64,000 nucleotides of DNA from a virus. Below are positions 39,732 through 48,384 of the stretch, piece by piece. The notes under the pieces are model-generated. The model was not told where the DNA came from, ran no database searches, and saw nothing but the letters and a program-made list of their open reading frames with translations. The stretch is from the IMG/VR virus record IMGVR_UViG_3300027826_000001. The stretch is one strand, 5' to 3'. The number at the start of each line of letters is the position of its first letter. The stretch's first letter is position 1. A program made the position numbers and the translations under genes.

Positions 39732-39860
39732 ATGAACCCACCGATTCATATTCAAAAAGGTAAAAAATACCCAGTTGCTTTTGCGGGAAAGATCATTAGA
39801 GGCTAAAGTATTATGGAAGCAGAGGTAATCTCAAAAAACTTGGATGAGGTTTGGATATGA
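39732..39860 (+). pseudogene. shortened paralog of 39497..39730 interrupted by an in-frame TAA (39804-06)
   Basis: MNPPIHIQKGKKYPVAFAGKIIRG*SIMEAEVISKNLDEVWI. The N-terminus matches IRVQKNKTYDVQLGSRVVK and the C-terminus matches KDLPECWI of the neighbour. Its final TGA overlaps the next ATG. Confidence 0.45.
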
Positions 39861-40195
39861 TTGTATCCGCCAAAGTCCAGGTAAGTAACCTTACTCCCCT
39901 TACTAAACCGGGCCACTATGGGTTCAATTTGTACTTGACTTTTGACGAAAAGGGTAGTATACTTGTCAAAGGAATGAGGATAGTGGGCGGCTACATTTCC
40001 TGTCCTGCTAGGCCCACGGGAAAGAAGTGGTACAGTGTGGTGGAGTTGAACGAGGATATGGCAAGACTTGTGTACTTGGAAGTCGTGGCTAAGATAGCGC
40101 GACAGGGTTTATCCGTCACTCTTAAGGACTTTCCACAGGCTTTTAGTACGTTGTTGAAGGATAGCGATTTAAAGACATGGGGGATAGAATTATAA
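39857..40195 (+). CDS. hypothetical protein (112 aa)
   Basis: In frame with ORF-track 39851 (TTG). I prefer ATG 39857. Confidence 0.7.
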   Translation: MIVSAKVQVSNLTPLTKPGHYGFNLYLTFDEKGSILVKGMRIVGGYISCPARPTGKKWYSVVELNEDMARLVYLEVVAKIARQGLSVTLKDFPQAFSTLLKDSDLKTWGIEL

Positions 40196-40561
40196 ATGTT
40201 ACAAGAACTTAATGATTACAATTGGGCGGAAGTTTTTGGAGAGGGTGAGGGTGGTAACTGTACTCCTATTATTCCGAACCGACTTGTGACCGATACCAAA
40301 ACGCCTATTACAACATTTTCACGGGAGGATGTTGTTAAGATTTATGGCATGGTAGAAGGCGAACATGACGGGCCAGATTGGGTAGTGTATGGAAAGCTTA
40401 AAGATGGTCGATACTTTGTTGCCCGTGGAGGATGTGATTATACTGGGTGGGATTGTCAGGCTAGTAATAGTGGGGATGTTGCGAGTACAAAGAATAGTCT
40501 TATTCGTTATGGTATGTCGGAAAATGAAAGGGAAAGGTTTGGTCTTACGTTAGAGGATTAA
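40196..40561 (+). CDS. hypothetical protein (121 aa) with CDYTGWDC motif
   Basis: ORF track. Confidence 0.75.
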   Translation: MLQELNDYNWAEVFGEGEGGNCTPIIPNRLVTDTKTPITTFSREDVVKIYGMVEGEHDGPDWVVYGKLKDGRYFVARGGCDYTGWDCQASNSGDVASTKNSLIRYGMSENERERFGLTLED

Positions 40562-40563
40562 TA

Positions 40564-40734
40564 ATGCTTAATCAATATCGAGTTACGTTTCAGGTTACCG
40601 GAGAGTTTAGCGAAGTTGTAAACGCTCTTTCCGCAGATCAGGCTATTAAGAACGCACAAGAGTTTGTGGAAGAGACATACGCTGTACGATGGCCGGTTCA
40701 GGATATTCAAGTGGTTAAAGTGGAGCAAGAATAG
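40564..40734 (+). CDS. 56-aa hypothetical protein
   Basis: Below the cutoff. ATG lies 2 nt after the upstream stop. MLNQYRVTFQVTGEFSEVVNALSADQAIKNAQEFVEETYAVRWPVQDIQVVKVEQE. Confidence 0.55.
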   Translation: MLNQYRVTFQVTGEFSEVVNALSADQAIKNAQEFVEETYAVRWPVQDIQVVKVEQE

Positions 40735-40760
40735 GGGATAATAGTAGCAGGGAGTGTTGT

Positions 40761-40928
40761 ATGGCTACTATTAAACCGTCTCATGTTGGTAAGTTGCACA
40801 GGGCGTTAGGGATACCTGAAGGTAAACCTATTCCTTGGGCACAAAAAGTAAAAGCCGCAAATAGTAAGAATCCAAAAATGGCTAAGATGGGTCAGTTTGC
40901 GGTCAATTTTGGTAAAAAGGGAAAATAA
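40761..40928 (+). CDS. 55-aa basic protein
   Basis: MATIKPSHVGKLHRALGIPEGKPIPWAQKVKAANSKNPKMAKMGQFAVNFGKKGK. GGGAG RBS. Confidence 0.55.
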   Translation: MATIKPSHVGKLHRALGIPEGKPIPWAQKVKAANSKNPKMAKMGQFAVNFGKKGK

Positions 40929-40935
40929 GGGGTGT

Positions 40936-41118
40936 ATGATTAAGACTAATCAACAATATGACTTGACGAAGTATCAAATTGGGCTTTTCTCAAAGGCTAT
41001 CGAGAAGCTGTATAACAAGATTAAATTGGAACAGGCTTCCTTGGATGGGATGAAGGGACAACTTGAGATCCTGAAGCTTGAAGCCGACGAATGGGAAAGA
41101 AATAATCCAACAGAGTGA
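40936..41118 (+). CDS. 60-aa coiled-coil protein
   Basis: In frame with ORF-track 40897. ATG 40936 follows AAGGGG. Confidence 0.6.
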   Translation: MIKTNQQYDLTKYQIGLFSKAIEKLYNKIKLEQASLDGMKGQLEILKLEADEWERNNPTE

Positions 41119-41591
41119 TTACGGACTTTAAAGGAACCGCTTTGGAGGGGGGACCCACTAGTTCCATTCGTCAAATCGAAGCCCCACGTATTGTAGTCCC
41201 TGAGTTCAAGATACATTTAAACTCATTCCGTATCTTGACTAGGGAAATGAGGGGTTGGCCGGGGAAGAAGCTACGTTTTACCATTACGTGGCGTGTTGAC
41301 ATACCTCCGGTTAACCCCGAGTTAGGGGACAGGGCCGAGGAATTGGGGATGGATATTGAAGGGTGTTTGGCGCGAGTAACTACTAACGGGGAATTGGTTT
41401 GGTGTACGCCACAGGCTAGAAATGGACATTATTACGCGAATATCGTGTGGGCGTCACCGGATCTTTATAAACGTGTACAAAGGGCTATAGCCGGAAGTAA
41501 ATACGTGAAATTAATATATACTCCGCACCCTAGTCCTAGTATCGATCCAAAGACCCTAGATCCAGATATTCCTGCGGAGATAGAAGCGTAA
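41115..41591 (+). CDS. hypothetical protein (158 aa)
   Basis: ORF track. GTGA overlap with the upstream stop. Confidence 0.7.
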   Translation: MITDFKGTALEGGPTSSIRQIEAPRIVVPEFKIHLNSFRILTREMRGWPGKKLRFTITWRVDIPPVNPELGDRAEELGMDIEGCLARVTTNGELVWCTPQARNGHYYANIVWASPDLYKRVQRAIAGSKYVKLIYTPHPSPSIDPKTLDPDIPAEIEA

Positions 41592-42184
41592 TGGCTAATA
41601 CTTGGATTATATCCGATACCCACTTTGGACATTCAAATATTATCGAGTATTGTAAGCGCCCTTTCAAAGACGCCGATCATATGGATGCGGTAATGATTAA
41701 GCGTTGGCAGGCACGAGTTAGACCGTGGGATACTGTTTATCACCTAGGGGATGTGATGTTAACGGCTCGTAAGACTGATGAAGAGTTACGACAGTTTATA
41801 GATCAACTACCGGGTAAGAAGATTCTGATATTGGGTAACCATGATAAATCTGCGGAAAGAATGATGGATTTTGGTTTTACCCATGCGGTCGAAAGTGCCG
41901 TGGTTTCAGTACCGGGTTTTAGTGGAATGCGGGTGGTTCTGAATCATTACCCTTTAACCTTTAAGCCTCTATCGTTTAGCCGCGACGGAATACCCCCTGA
42001 CTATGTGTTGCATGGACACATACACAATTCGACGGAGGAAATGAGGCGGGAAATTCATGAAAAGAATGAACTTGTTCACATACCATCGTTTAACATAAAC
42101 TGCTGTGTTGAAATGTGGAATTACGAACCTTGTACGATTCAGCATATTATTAAAAAACATAAATATTTTGAAAAGGGCCTATGA
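41591..42184 (+). CDS. calcineurin-like metallophosphoesterase
   Basis: ISDTHFGH, HLGDV, LGNHD, LHGHIHN. Confidence 0.8.
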   Translation: MANTWIISDTHFGHSNIIEYCKRPFKDADHMDAVMIKRWQARVRPWDTVYHLGDVMLTARKTDEELRQFIDQLPGKKILILGNHDKSAERMMDFGFTHAVESAVVSVPGFSGMRVVLNHYPLTFKPLSFSRDGIPPDYVLHGHIHNSTEEMRREIHEKNELVHIPSFNINCCVEMWNYEPCTIQHIIKKHKYFEKGL

Positions 42185-42585
42185 GTTGTATACACCTATA
42201 CTACGATAAGAAATTAATTAACGACTTTAAGCGTAAGGCTCAGGACTCACATAAAGAAGTACTTGCTTACATGTGTGGTACCGTGGATAAGTTTAAGAAG
42301 GGAAAGAAAGTTAGAATAACTATAGAAGAACTTACGTATCCTAAAGTTACTTCTAGCGATAGTCATGTACAGGATGTCGGGGGAGTTTCGTATCCAAAGC
42401 GGTTTATAGGTTCCCTTCATAGCCACCCGTACGATACGCATCAGTATGTAAGTAAAGCGGATATTGAGTCCGCACAGTATGATGGAGGTTTAATATTTGG
42501 GATCTATACATGTGGAGAAAAGAACTTAAGTAGGCTTGACTTTTACGTAACTCCGCAGTATACTATACTTACACATGCCTTATGA
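42181..42585 (+). CDS. JAB/MPN (JAMM) metalloprotease-domain protein
   Basis: HSHPYDTHQYVSKAD fits H-x-H-x7-S-x2-D, with the upstream Glu in HKEVLAYMCG. Confidence 0.7.
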   Translation: MSCIHLYYDKKLINDFKRKAQDSHKEVLAYMCGTVDKFKKGKKVRITIEELTYPKVTSSDSHVQDVGGVSYPKRFIGSLHSHPYDTHQYVSKADIESAQYDGGLIFGIYTCGEKNLSRLDFYVTPQYTILTHAL

Positions 42586-42710
42586 AAATTGAATATATTG
42601 GTTATATCTTTGCATTCCTTACTGTTGCTCTGGTGGCTTTTCAATTGAAAGATGCAGCAGTGTTAAGTGGTGTATTCACTTTTTTCTTTTTAATAGCAAA
42701 GTTTCTTTAA
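42582..42710 (+). CDS. 42-aa hydrophobic microprotein
   Basis: ATGA overlap with the JAB gene. MKIEYIGYIFAFLTVALVAFQLKDAAVLSGVFTFFFLIAKFL. Confidence 0.45.
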   Translation: MKIEYIGYIFAFLTVALVAFQLKDAAVLSGVFTFFFLIAKFL

Positions 42711-42726
42711 ATGGATATGCAAATAA

Positions 42727-43251
42727 ATGCCTTTCGATAAAGAACTAGATAGCGTGCGTCCTTTGGAAGTCGTAGAAGGTGAACAGGCCCTAGCCACTAC
42801 TGTTAGCGGCGTAGAAGTCACTCTGGATACCTCTACCGATAGCGAAGCCCGTAAACAGGCCCGTAAGTTCGTAGACCTAGTGAAGAGTGGAGAGAAACCC
42901 GGTATAGCGGCTGAAAGAGTGGGAACTACATTAAAAAGAATTAATAGTAGTCAGGAAATGAAAGCCGCCGTAGAAGCCCTTTTAGAAGGGGCCACGTTAG
43001 ATAAGAAAATACGCCAAATGATGGTTAAAGCGGGTCTTAATAAGGTCTTTATGGAAGGTGTAGCAAGTGAAAGTGTAAAGGAACGTAAACTAGCGTTGGA
43101 AGCGGCAAAGTTAATAAGTGCGGATGAGAATATGGCGGTACCTACTGATAGTAGTATTACTATCAATTTGAGTCCGGAGTTACAGGGTCGGATTAAGGAT
43201 ATTTCATTACCCGGATTGGAGTTTCCAAATGAAGAAAAGACTGAAAATTAA
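42727..43251 (+). CDS. HTH-containing protein; possible small terminase subunit or regulator
   Basis: KPGIAAERVGTTLKRINSSQE is helix-turn-helix-like, in a 174-aa helical protein. The assignment is weak. Confidence 0.35.
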   Translation: MPFDKELDSVRPLEVVEGEQALATTVSGVEVTLDTSTDSEARKQARKFVDLVKSGEKPGIAAERVGTTLKRINSSQEMKAAVEALLEGATLDKKIRQMMVKAGLNKVFMEGVASESVKERKLALEAAKLISADENMAVPTDSSITINLSPELQGRIKDISLPGLEFPNEEKTEN

Positions 43252-43414
43252 TGTCGATTTTCTATTGCAACCAATGCAGTACGAGACTGACGACCAGATG
43301 TTTAAAAGATTGGAAGGGGATTTGGAAAGGCTAAAGAACTTTGTTGAGGAATACTTTTCCCTGGATAGCGGGAAGGTGATTATAGAATTAGAGGATAGGG
43401 ATGCCGAAGTTTAA
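43229..43414 (+). CDS. hypothetical protein (61 aa)
   Basis: ORF track. Confidence 0.55.
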   Translation: MKKRLKINVDFLLQPMQYETDDQMFKRLEGDLERLKNFVEEYFSLDSGKVIIELEDRDAEV

Positions 43415-43643
43415 AACTCTTTCCCCCGGACCTGAAGAGGTTCATTTTCAAGAGTACCAGTTTGATGAGTACTTAGGCGTTAGTCCCGGTATTACGAAGG
43501 GTTTAGACTTGACAAAACAGGAAAGTCATGATACAATTACAAGTACAGTTTGTCGAGAACTTAAATTAATTTTCGACAGTGTACGACAGGAAAAAAGAGA
43601 GTTCGCGAAACTGCGAAAGTGGATACAGGAAAGTGAAAGTTAA
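43401..43643 (+). CDS. hypothetical protein (80 aa)
   Basis: ORF track. Contains an internal consensus promoter. Confidence 0.55.
   Translation: MPKFKTLSPGPEEVHFQEYQFDEYLGVSPGITKGLDLTKQESHDTITSTVCRELKLIFDSVRQEKREFAKLRKWIQESES
43509..43537 (+). promoter_or_regulatory. intragenic consensus promoter upstream of the nuclease gene
   Basis: TTGACA 43509-14, 17-nt spacer, TGa-TACAAT 43529-37. Confidence 0.5.
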
Positions 43644-44484
43644 AATCCCCGAGTTTGAAGCTGTATGGCCCCTTATAGACCAAACGAAAGTTGAAGAAGC
43701 TCTGTGGTCACCTAAACGGGATGGTAGAAAGCCTACCTACAGTCTGGACGAGGTAAATAATATCTACGAGATGCTAGAGAATGCTTGTAGACATTGGTTA
43801 CCACGAGACTTAGTGGAGTTAAAAATTGAGGAAGTAGAAGGTCTGTATCAAGATGAAATAGGGATTAAGGGATATATAGATGTCTTAGGTACTATGAACG
43901 GTACTATAAAGCCCTTCGATGCTTATAAAAATAAACGAATTATTATCGATTGGAAAACCCGAGACGGAGAGTTAGACCAGCGATGGCGGGATAGGCTTAT
44001 TGATTCATGGCAGTGGAAGATATACGCCAGTCTTACCGGAGCCAGTGTTATTAGTTACCGGGGTGTAAGCAGTAGGTGTTACGATGATGGATGCGCTACA
44101 AAAGAGATACTTCTTGGAGTCCACGATACTTGTGTCAAAGAAACATTTGACTATATCCGTGGCGTTCAATTACAAAGACAAGCGCTAGTTAATGTTGGTA
44201 TGGACATTTGGCCTCGTAATATGCCCGATGCTTGTTTCAAGTATAGTTACGAATGCCCCTTCAAGTACGATTGTGACCATTACACAATGCCCCGGTACGT
44301 ACCTAAGTCGGATAGGGAAATGAGTTACACGTCCTTGGGTCAGTTTCAACGTTGCCCTGAGTTTGCGCGTCGTATGGAAAATGCCCCAGAAGCCGATGAT
44401 ACGGATACATCCAATAAGGGTGACGCGTTTCATAAGTGTATTGCGGAAGTCTACCGGCAAGCCTCTAAGATTAAGGTTTATTAA
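43579..44484 (+). CDS. PD-(D/E)XK (Cas4/RecB-like) exonuclease with Cys cluster
   Basis: YIDVLG ... IIDWKT (D...D-x-K), QWKIY (QxxxY), CFKYSYECPFKYDC. Start is uncertain (GTG 43579 or 43633). Confidence 0.7.
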   Translation: MYDRKKESSRNCESGYRKVKVKIPEFEAVWPLIDQTKVEEALWSPKRDGRKPTYSLDEVNNIYEMLENACRHWLPRDLVELKIEEVEGLYQDEIGIKGYIDVLGTMNGTIKPFDAYKNKRIIIDWKTRDGELDQRWRDRLIDSWQWKIYASLTGASVISYRGVSSRCYDDGCATKEILLGVHDTCVKETFDYIRGVQLQRQALVNVGMDIWPRNMPDACFKYSYECPFKYDCDHYTMPRYVPKSDREMSYTSLGQFQRCPEFARRMENAPEADDTDTSNKGDAFHKCIAEVYRQASKIKVY

Positions 44485-44939
44485 TGTCATTTGACGATAA
44501 TCTAAAGAACATTATTGCCTGGAATGTGGCCGCTTTTAAGTATCTACTTGAATGGGTTGGTACTTTCCCTCCTACCCGTGAAAACTTATTCTTATTCCAA
44601 ATGCTTAAGGTTGGATTGAACCAAAATTATTATCTTCAGAAGTTATTCGATAATATGGTCTTTGTACCCGAAGACGGACAGACCCAGGAAGCAAGGGAAG
44701 AGTATGAGCAGGAAATAGAAAAAGCCATAACGCAGGATAACCAGATCCTAGACAGTGAGTATCAAGGTAAGTGGAAAGATATCAAAGAGTTAGAACGTAT
44801 ATATAATCTTACGAAGGATGAAAATGGAACAACAGGTACAAGCGAAACCGTCAGTGGTTGGTACGAAAGACTCTACGGAGCAGGGGGGAGTAAAGGTCCT
44901 GGTGAGTCCCCGACAAAAGAAGGTGATTCGGGGAAATGA
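44484..44939 (+). CDS. hypothetical protein (151 aa)
   Basis: ORF track. Confidence 0.7.
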   Translation: MSFDDNLKNIIAWNVAAFKYLLEWVGTFPPTRENLFLFQMLKVGLNQNYYLQKLFDNMVFVPEDGQTQEAREEYEQEIEKAITQDNQILDSEYQGKWKDIKELERIYNLTKDENGTTGTSETVSGWYERLYGAGGSKGPGESPTKEGDSGK

Positions 44940-45768
44940 TTTATCCGAGACTCCAGTAAAGCTATTTTTCTTTGGTCCGTGGGGTAGTGGTAAGACGTAT
45001 ACGGCGGTTGATCTGCTACGGGCCGGTTATAAGATTGTAATGTTGGTTACTGATATTGGAGGAAGCGGCAGTAACTCTATCCGTCTGGCCCTACGTAAAG
45101 CTGGACAAGAAGAACTATTAAACAATTTTGTCGAGATTGTTTTGGACGACGAGGAAGAAGTAGAGAAATTTATTTACTCACCGACTGTCTATATGCCCGA
45201 TATCTATGACTTCGACCCTGACTTCCTTTTTTGGGATGGGTTTGGTTCATGGCAACAGGTATATCTGTCAGAGAAGATCGGTAGCATGGCGCATGGATCA
45301 GATAAGCGGGAGTTGCCCGAAGCCGTAGAAGAGGGATTGCAATTTGAAACGGCCCAGTGGGGACAGTTACGTAACGCCACGTTTAGGCGTTTACACAAAT
45401 TCTGTACCATGCGTAATACTAAGACGGGTAAGGTATGGCACAAGATTCTAACGGCCCAGGAAGGCGTGAAGTCTAAGTCTAGTGGGCCTAACCAAAGTGA
45501 ACTAGTAGAAACGCATATCCCCCTACTTCAAGGTGCCGGTGGTAAGCTTGCTGGTGGGGCGTTCGACCTTATTATCCGTACCGTGGAGAAGGTGGATAAA
45601 GACGGCGGTAAGACTACACGTAAGTATGTGTATGAAATTAAAGGGGATAATGCCATGTCTAAAAACCGTGGATTCGATCTTCCTAATGTCTTGCCTGCCG
45701 ATATGGGTAAGTTGTGGGAGATGATTAGTGACCAGTTAGGACTTAAAAAGAAAGAGAAAGGACAATGA
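44818..45768 (+). CDS. RecA-fold ATPase (AAA_24/Sak4-like recombination protein)
   Basis: Walker A FFFGPWGSGKTY and Walker B-like FLFWDGFG. Start is uncertain because the ORF overlaps the upstream gene by ~120 nt. Confidence 0.65.
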   Translation: MKMEQQVQAKPSVVGTKDSTEQGGVKVLVSPRQKKVIRGNDLSETPVKLFFFGPWGSGKTYTAVDLLRAGYKIVMLVTDIGGSGSNSIRLALRKAGQEELLNNFVEIVLDDEEEVEKFIYSPTVYMPDIYDFDPDFLFWDGFGSWQQVYLSEKIGSMAHGSDKRELPEAVEEGLQFETAQWGQLRNATFRRLHKFCTMRNTKTGKVWHKILTAQEGVKSKSSGPNQSELVETHIPLLQGAGGKLAGGAFDLIIRTVEKVDKDGGKTTRKYVYEIKGDNAMSKNRGFDLPNVLPADMGKLWEMISDQLGLKKKEKGQ

Positions 45769-46052
45769 AAGAATTAAAAGAACTTAATATTGATTTTGAA
45801 AAGATTCAAAAAGGCGAGTTTGCCTCCCTTTTAAACGATTTTACTAATGGTAAGAGTGGGATGGACTTTGTGCAAAGTATCTATGATAACTTGCAGGAAA
45901 TTACACAACACCCTTACATTGCATTGTATTTGGGTATGGTGCCAAAAGAAAAAGTTTTGGGTATTGGTATTCATATGGGATTGTTGCTTGCGCGTATTCG
46001 AGATCAAAGGTCTGCGGCAGCGGCGGTTCCTACAGCGGATAGGGTTAATTAA
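45765..46052 (+). CDS. hypothetical protein (95 aa)
   Basis: ORF track. Confidence 0.7.
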   Translation: MKELKELNIDFEKIQKGEFASLLNDFTNGKSGMDFVQSIYDNLQEITQHPYIALYLGMVPKEKVLGIGIHMGLLLARIRDQRSAAAAVPTADRVN

Positions 46053-46055
46053 CCC

Positions 46056-46084
46056 TTGACAATTACCATAACTTGTGTTATGCT
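46056..46084 (+). promoter_or_regulatory. consensus promoter
   Basis: TTGACA 46056-61, 17-nt spacer, TGt-TATGCT 46076-84. Confidence 0.7.
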
Positions 46085-46101
46085 AAAGGAAATTAAAAAC
46101 T

Positions 46102-46794
46102 ATGACTGAACAAATTTCAACATTTAATCCTACTGAAGCCTCTCCCAAGCCGACACTTCATTGTGTTGGTCAGGTGGGGACAATTGAAGAACCGCGTATG
46201 ACAGAAGGGGACAAGTACGTTAATATTCCGATTAATCTTGATGCCCTTGAGACTGGACGGAGTACGAAAGTGTACTTTTTGTATCGTCCTGAGTGGTTGA
46301 CTAAGGGTTTCCGGCCTCATACCTTGAAGCTGGATGACCGTGGCGCGTACTTTGTGTATAGTAAGAATATTGCGGCTGAGGATAGTTTCTCTTTGCTGCG
46401 TGGTATTGCGGGAAGTAAAGAAGCGTTTAACCAATTGGCTAATATCCTTCTTAACCTGGACGTTGACGCCGCTACTGGTGGCCCGACTATGGAAGATGTG
46501 CGACAGGCTCTTATTGAGTTTGTTGAGAATAACGTGGACGATGAGGGACAGAAGGTTCTGATTGGTTACACGTTGCAACAACAGCAGAAAGACACGGGAG
46601 AGGTTGATCCTGAGACGGGTAAGAAGATTTACTCCCGGACGAGTAACTATAACCTGCATAAGAAGACGCCTTTCTGGGATGTTACTAAGGAGGGCTTGGA
46701 ACGGAAGCGTAAGAATGCGGAGAATAGTGCCGTGTTTGAAGAGACGGGTAAGAAGAAGGTGCAGTTTTGCTACAGTAGTCAGGTGCCTTTCTAG
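46102..46794 (+). CDS. stand-alone highly expressed unit (230 aa); possible ssDNA-binding protein
   Basis: Own promoter, AAAGGAAA RBS and own terminator. Size and position next to recombination genes suggest an SSB, but no motif proof. Confidence 0.4.
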   Translation: MTEQISTFNPTEASPKPTLHCVGQVGTIEEPRMTEGDKYVNIPINLDALETGRSTKVYFLYRPEWLTKGFRPHTLKLDDRGAYFVYSKNIAAEDSFSLLRGIAGSKEAFNQLANILLNLDVDAATGGPTMEDVRQALIEFVENNVDDEGQKVLIGYTLQQQQKDTGEVDPETGKKIYSRTSNYNLHKKTPFWDVTKEGLERKRKNAENSAVFEETGKKKVQFCYSSQVPF

Positions 46795-46821
46795 CAAGGG
46801 TTGGTTGTTAGTGTTGTGGTG

Positions 46822-46857
46822 GGGTCGGGACATTAAGAACCCCGGCCCTTTATTTTT
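46822..46857 (+). terminator. intrinsic terminator
   Basis: GGGTCGGG (46822-29) pairs with CCCGGCCC (46841-48) including one G-U, then TTTATTTTT. Confidence 0.75.
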
Positions 46858-46901
46858 ATGTCTCCTAAAAAGAAACAATACCTGAAATATACCTCTTCCG
46901 T

Positions 46902-47135
46902 ATGGAAGATAATTGGAAAGCTCCTAATAAATGGGTTTATTGTCCAAAATGTAAGCAATACAAAGATAGATTCTATATTACGACTAAACAGATTTACCCC
47001 TGTGTTAGTGGGCCTTTAAATGGTTCTGAAAGTGAAGATAATGAAGTTGTTAGAGAAATGGGTTATGAATTATTTAATCCTAGTTATTCAGGAAGATGTA
47101 TATTAGTTTACACAAAAGATATTATTAATGAATAA
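46902..47135 (+). CDS. 77-aa protein with N-terminal CxxC
   Basis: ORF track. YCPKCKQY. Confidence 0.65.
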   Translation: MEDNWKAPNKWVYCPKCKQYKDRFYITTKQIYPCVSGPLNGSESEDNEVVREMGYELFNPSYSGRCILVYTKDIINE

Positions 47136-47832
47136 CTTACCCCCTATCCTAGTAGCTTCTCGTGCTCCATGGGCTTCTAGTGGGGTGGGTAGTAAGCCGG
47201 TCGAATGCGATACGTGTTTATTTAACCCATACTCCTATGGCTTTGTACCAGACTTCGTTGGTAGTAATGCAAAAATTGCTATCATGTTTTCCTATCCTGA
47301 AAAGGACGATGCTAACGAACGGGAAGCTATGGCAAGTGATATGGGGAAGTTTATCCTTCGTACTTATGTGTATCCGGCAGGTATCAAGAAGGACGAGTTA
47401 TTGATAACGTACTTATTGCGGTGCGTGCCAAAGTGGAATAGTAAGTTGAAGAAGCCTAACTATCCCACCGGACGTACCAGGGATAACGCGGAAGTATCAT
47501 GCCGAGTGTTTGATAATTCACACGGAGAGGAGGGCAAATTGGTTTCAGGGGGTTTAAGGAAATTTAATCCTAACATATGCTTCATTACCTTTAACCCCCG
47601 AGAAGTCTTCAGAGTACCGGCGTATCATAGACAATTGCAGGTGGATTTTAAGAAAGCTTTGGAGTTGAGTAAACAAGGTATGAGACCCTTAGTCCTGTGT
47701 GGCAATGAGCCGGGAGAGCTATTCGCACCTTGGATTAAAGGAAAGGGTAGTGCAAAGGCGTGGCGTGGGCACTTTTGGGAAATGGATTATAAGTATGGTG
47801 AGTTTAGGAATGAGGGGTTCATACCGGCGTAA
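47128..47832 (+). CDS. uracil-DNA-glycosylase-superfamily (family-4-like) protein with diverged catalytic motif
   Basis: AKIAIMFSYPEKDDANE...GKFIL...LLITYLLRCVPK follows the family-4 layout, but GE(A/G)PG is replaced by SYPEKDD. Confidence 0.5.
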   Translation: MNNLPPILVASRAPWASSGVGSKPVECDTCLFNPYSYGFVPDFVGSNAKIAIMFSYPEKDDANEREAMASDMGKFILRTYVYPAGIKKDELLITYLLRCVPKWNSKLKKPNYPTGRTRDNAEVSCRVFDNSHGEEGKLVSGGLRKFNPNICFITFNPREVFRVPAYHRQLQVDFKKALELSKQGMRPLVLCGNEPGELFAPWIKGKGSAKAWRGHFWEMDYKYGEFRNEGFIPA

Positions 47833-48261
47833 ATGGCGTTTCCAATGAATAATGAAGATTGGATTTATGAACAGCTTCAAAACCAACAACAAGCTGCTCA
47901 ACAGTTTGCGAGTCAGGCGGGTTTACAAGCTTATAGTGGTCTAGGATTGGGATTAGGAAATGCTGCGTATTCATGCGCCGTATCTCCTCAAGGTCCGACA
48001 AATGCGTATCCCATTCGTAAAGGTACTGAAATTAAATTAAATTTCAAAGAGTCCGATTTAAAGAAAAAGAAAGGAAAATCAATGATTAAGCAATTTCAAG
48101 ACTATATTTCTGAACACAAGGATATCGTGTTTAGTGTTCTTCTTCTGTTCCTTTGTGACAAGGTGTTTTTGAATGGTGCCTTGCAGGAGAAGCTGGCAAG
48201 TTTTGTGCATAAGCTTGTCGAAGGAATGGAAAAGAGGGTTAGTCCAACTGAGGGAAAGTAA
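47833..48261 (+). CDS. hypothetical protein (142 aa) with one TM segment
   Basis: ORF track. IVFSVLLLFLC. Confidence 0.7.
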   Translation: MAFPMNNEDWIYEQLQNQQQAAQQFASQAGLQAYSGLGLGLGNAAYSCAVSPQGPTNAYPIRKGTEIKLNFKESDLKKKKGKSMIKQFQDYISEHKDIVFSVLLLFLCDKVFLNGALQEKLASFVHKLVEGMEKRVSPTEGK

Positions 48262-48262
48262 C

Positions 48263-48382
48263 GTGAAGAATCTGGGATTTTTAGCCGGTCTTTTATTGGG
48301 CTGGCTAATGGGTGGCGGGAAGATTATATTGCACGTAGTCTATCTGGCTATTATCCTTATTCTTATACTTACTCGACACTAA
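48263..48382 (+). CDS. 39-aa membrane microprotein
   Basis: GTG 48263 after GAGGGAAAG, in frame with ORF-track 48173. VKNLGFLAGLLLGWLMGGGKIILHVVYLAIILILILTRH. Confidence 0.45.
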   Translation: MKNLGFLAGLLLGWLMGGGKIILHVVYLAIILILILTRH

Positions 48383-48384
48383 TC

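Noticed and set aside
46117-46878. 253-aa minus-strand ORF, the longest unannotated ORF in the replication block
   Set aside because: It is exactly antisense to the promoter-to-terminator unit 46102..46794. It is R/L/T/H-rich, lacks an RBS, and would run against the operon. I treat it as a codon-bias shadow.
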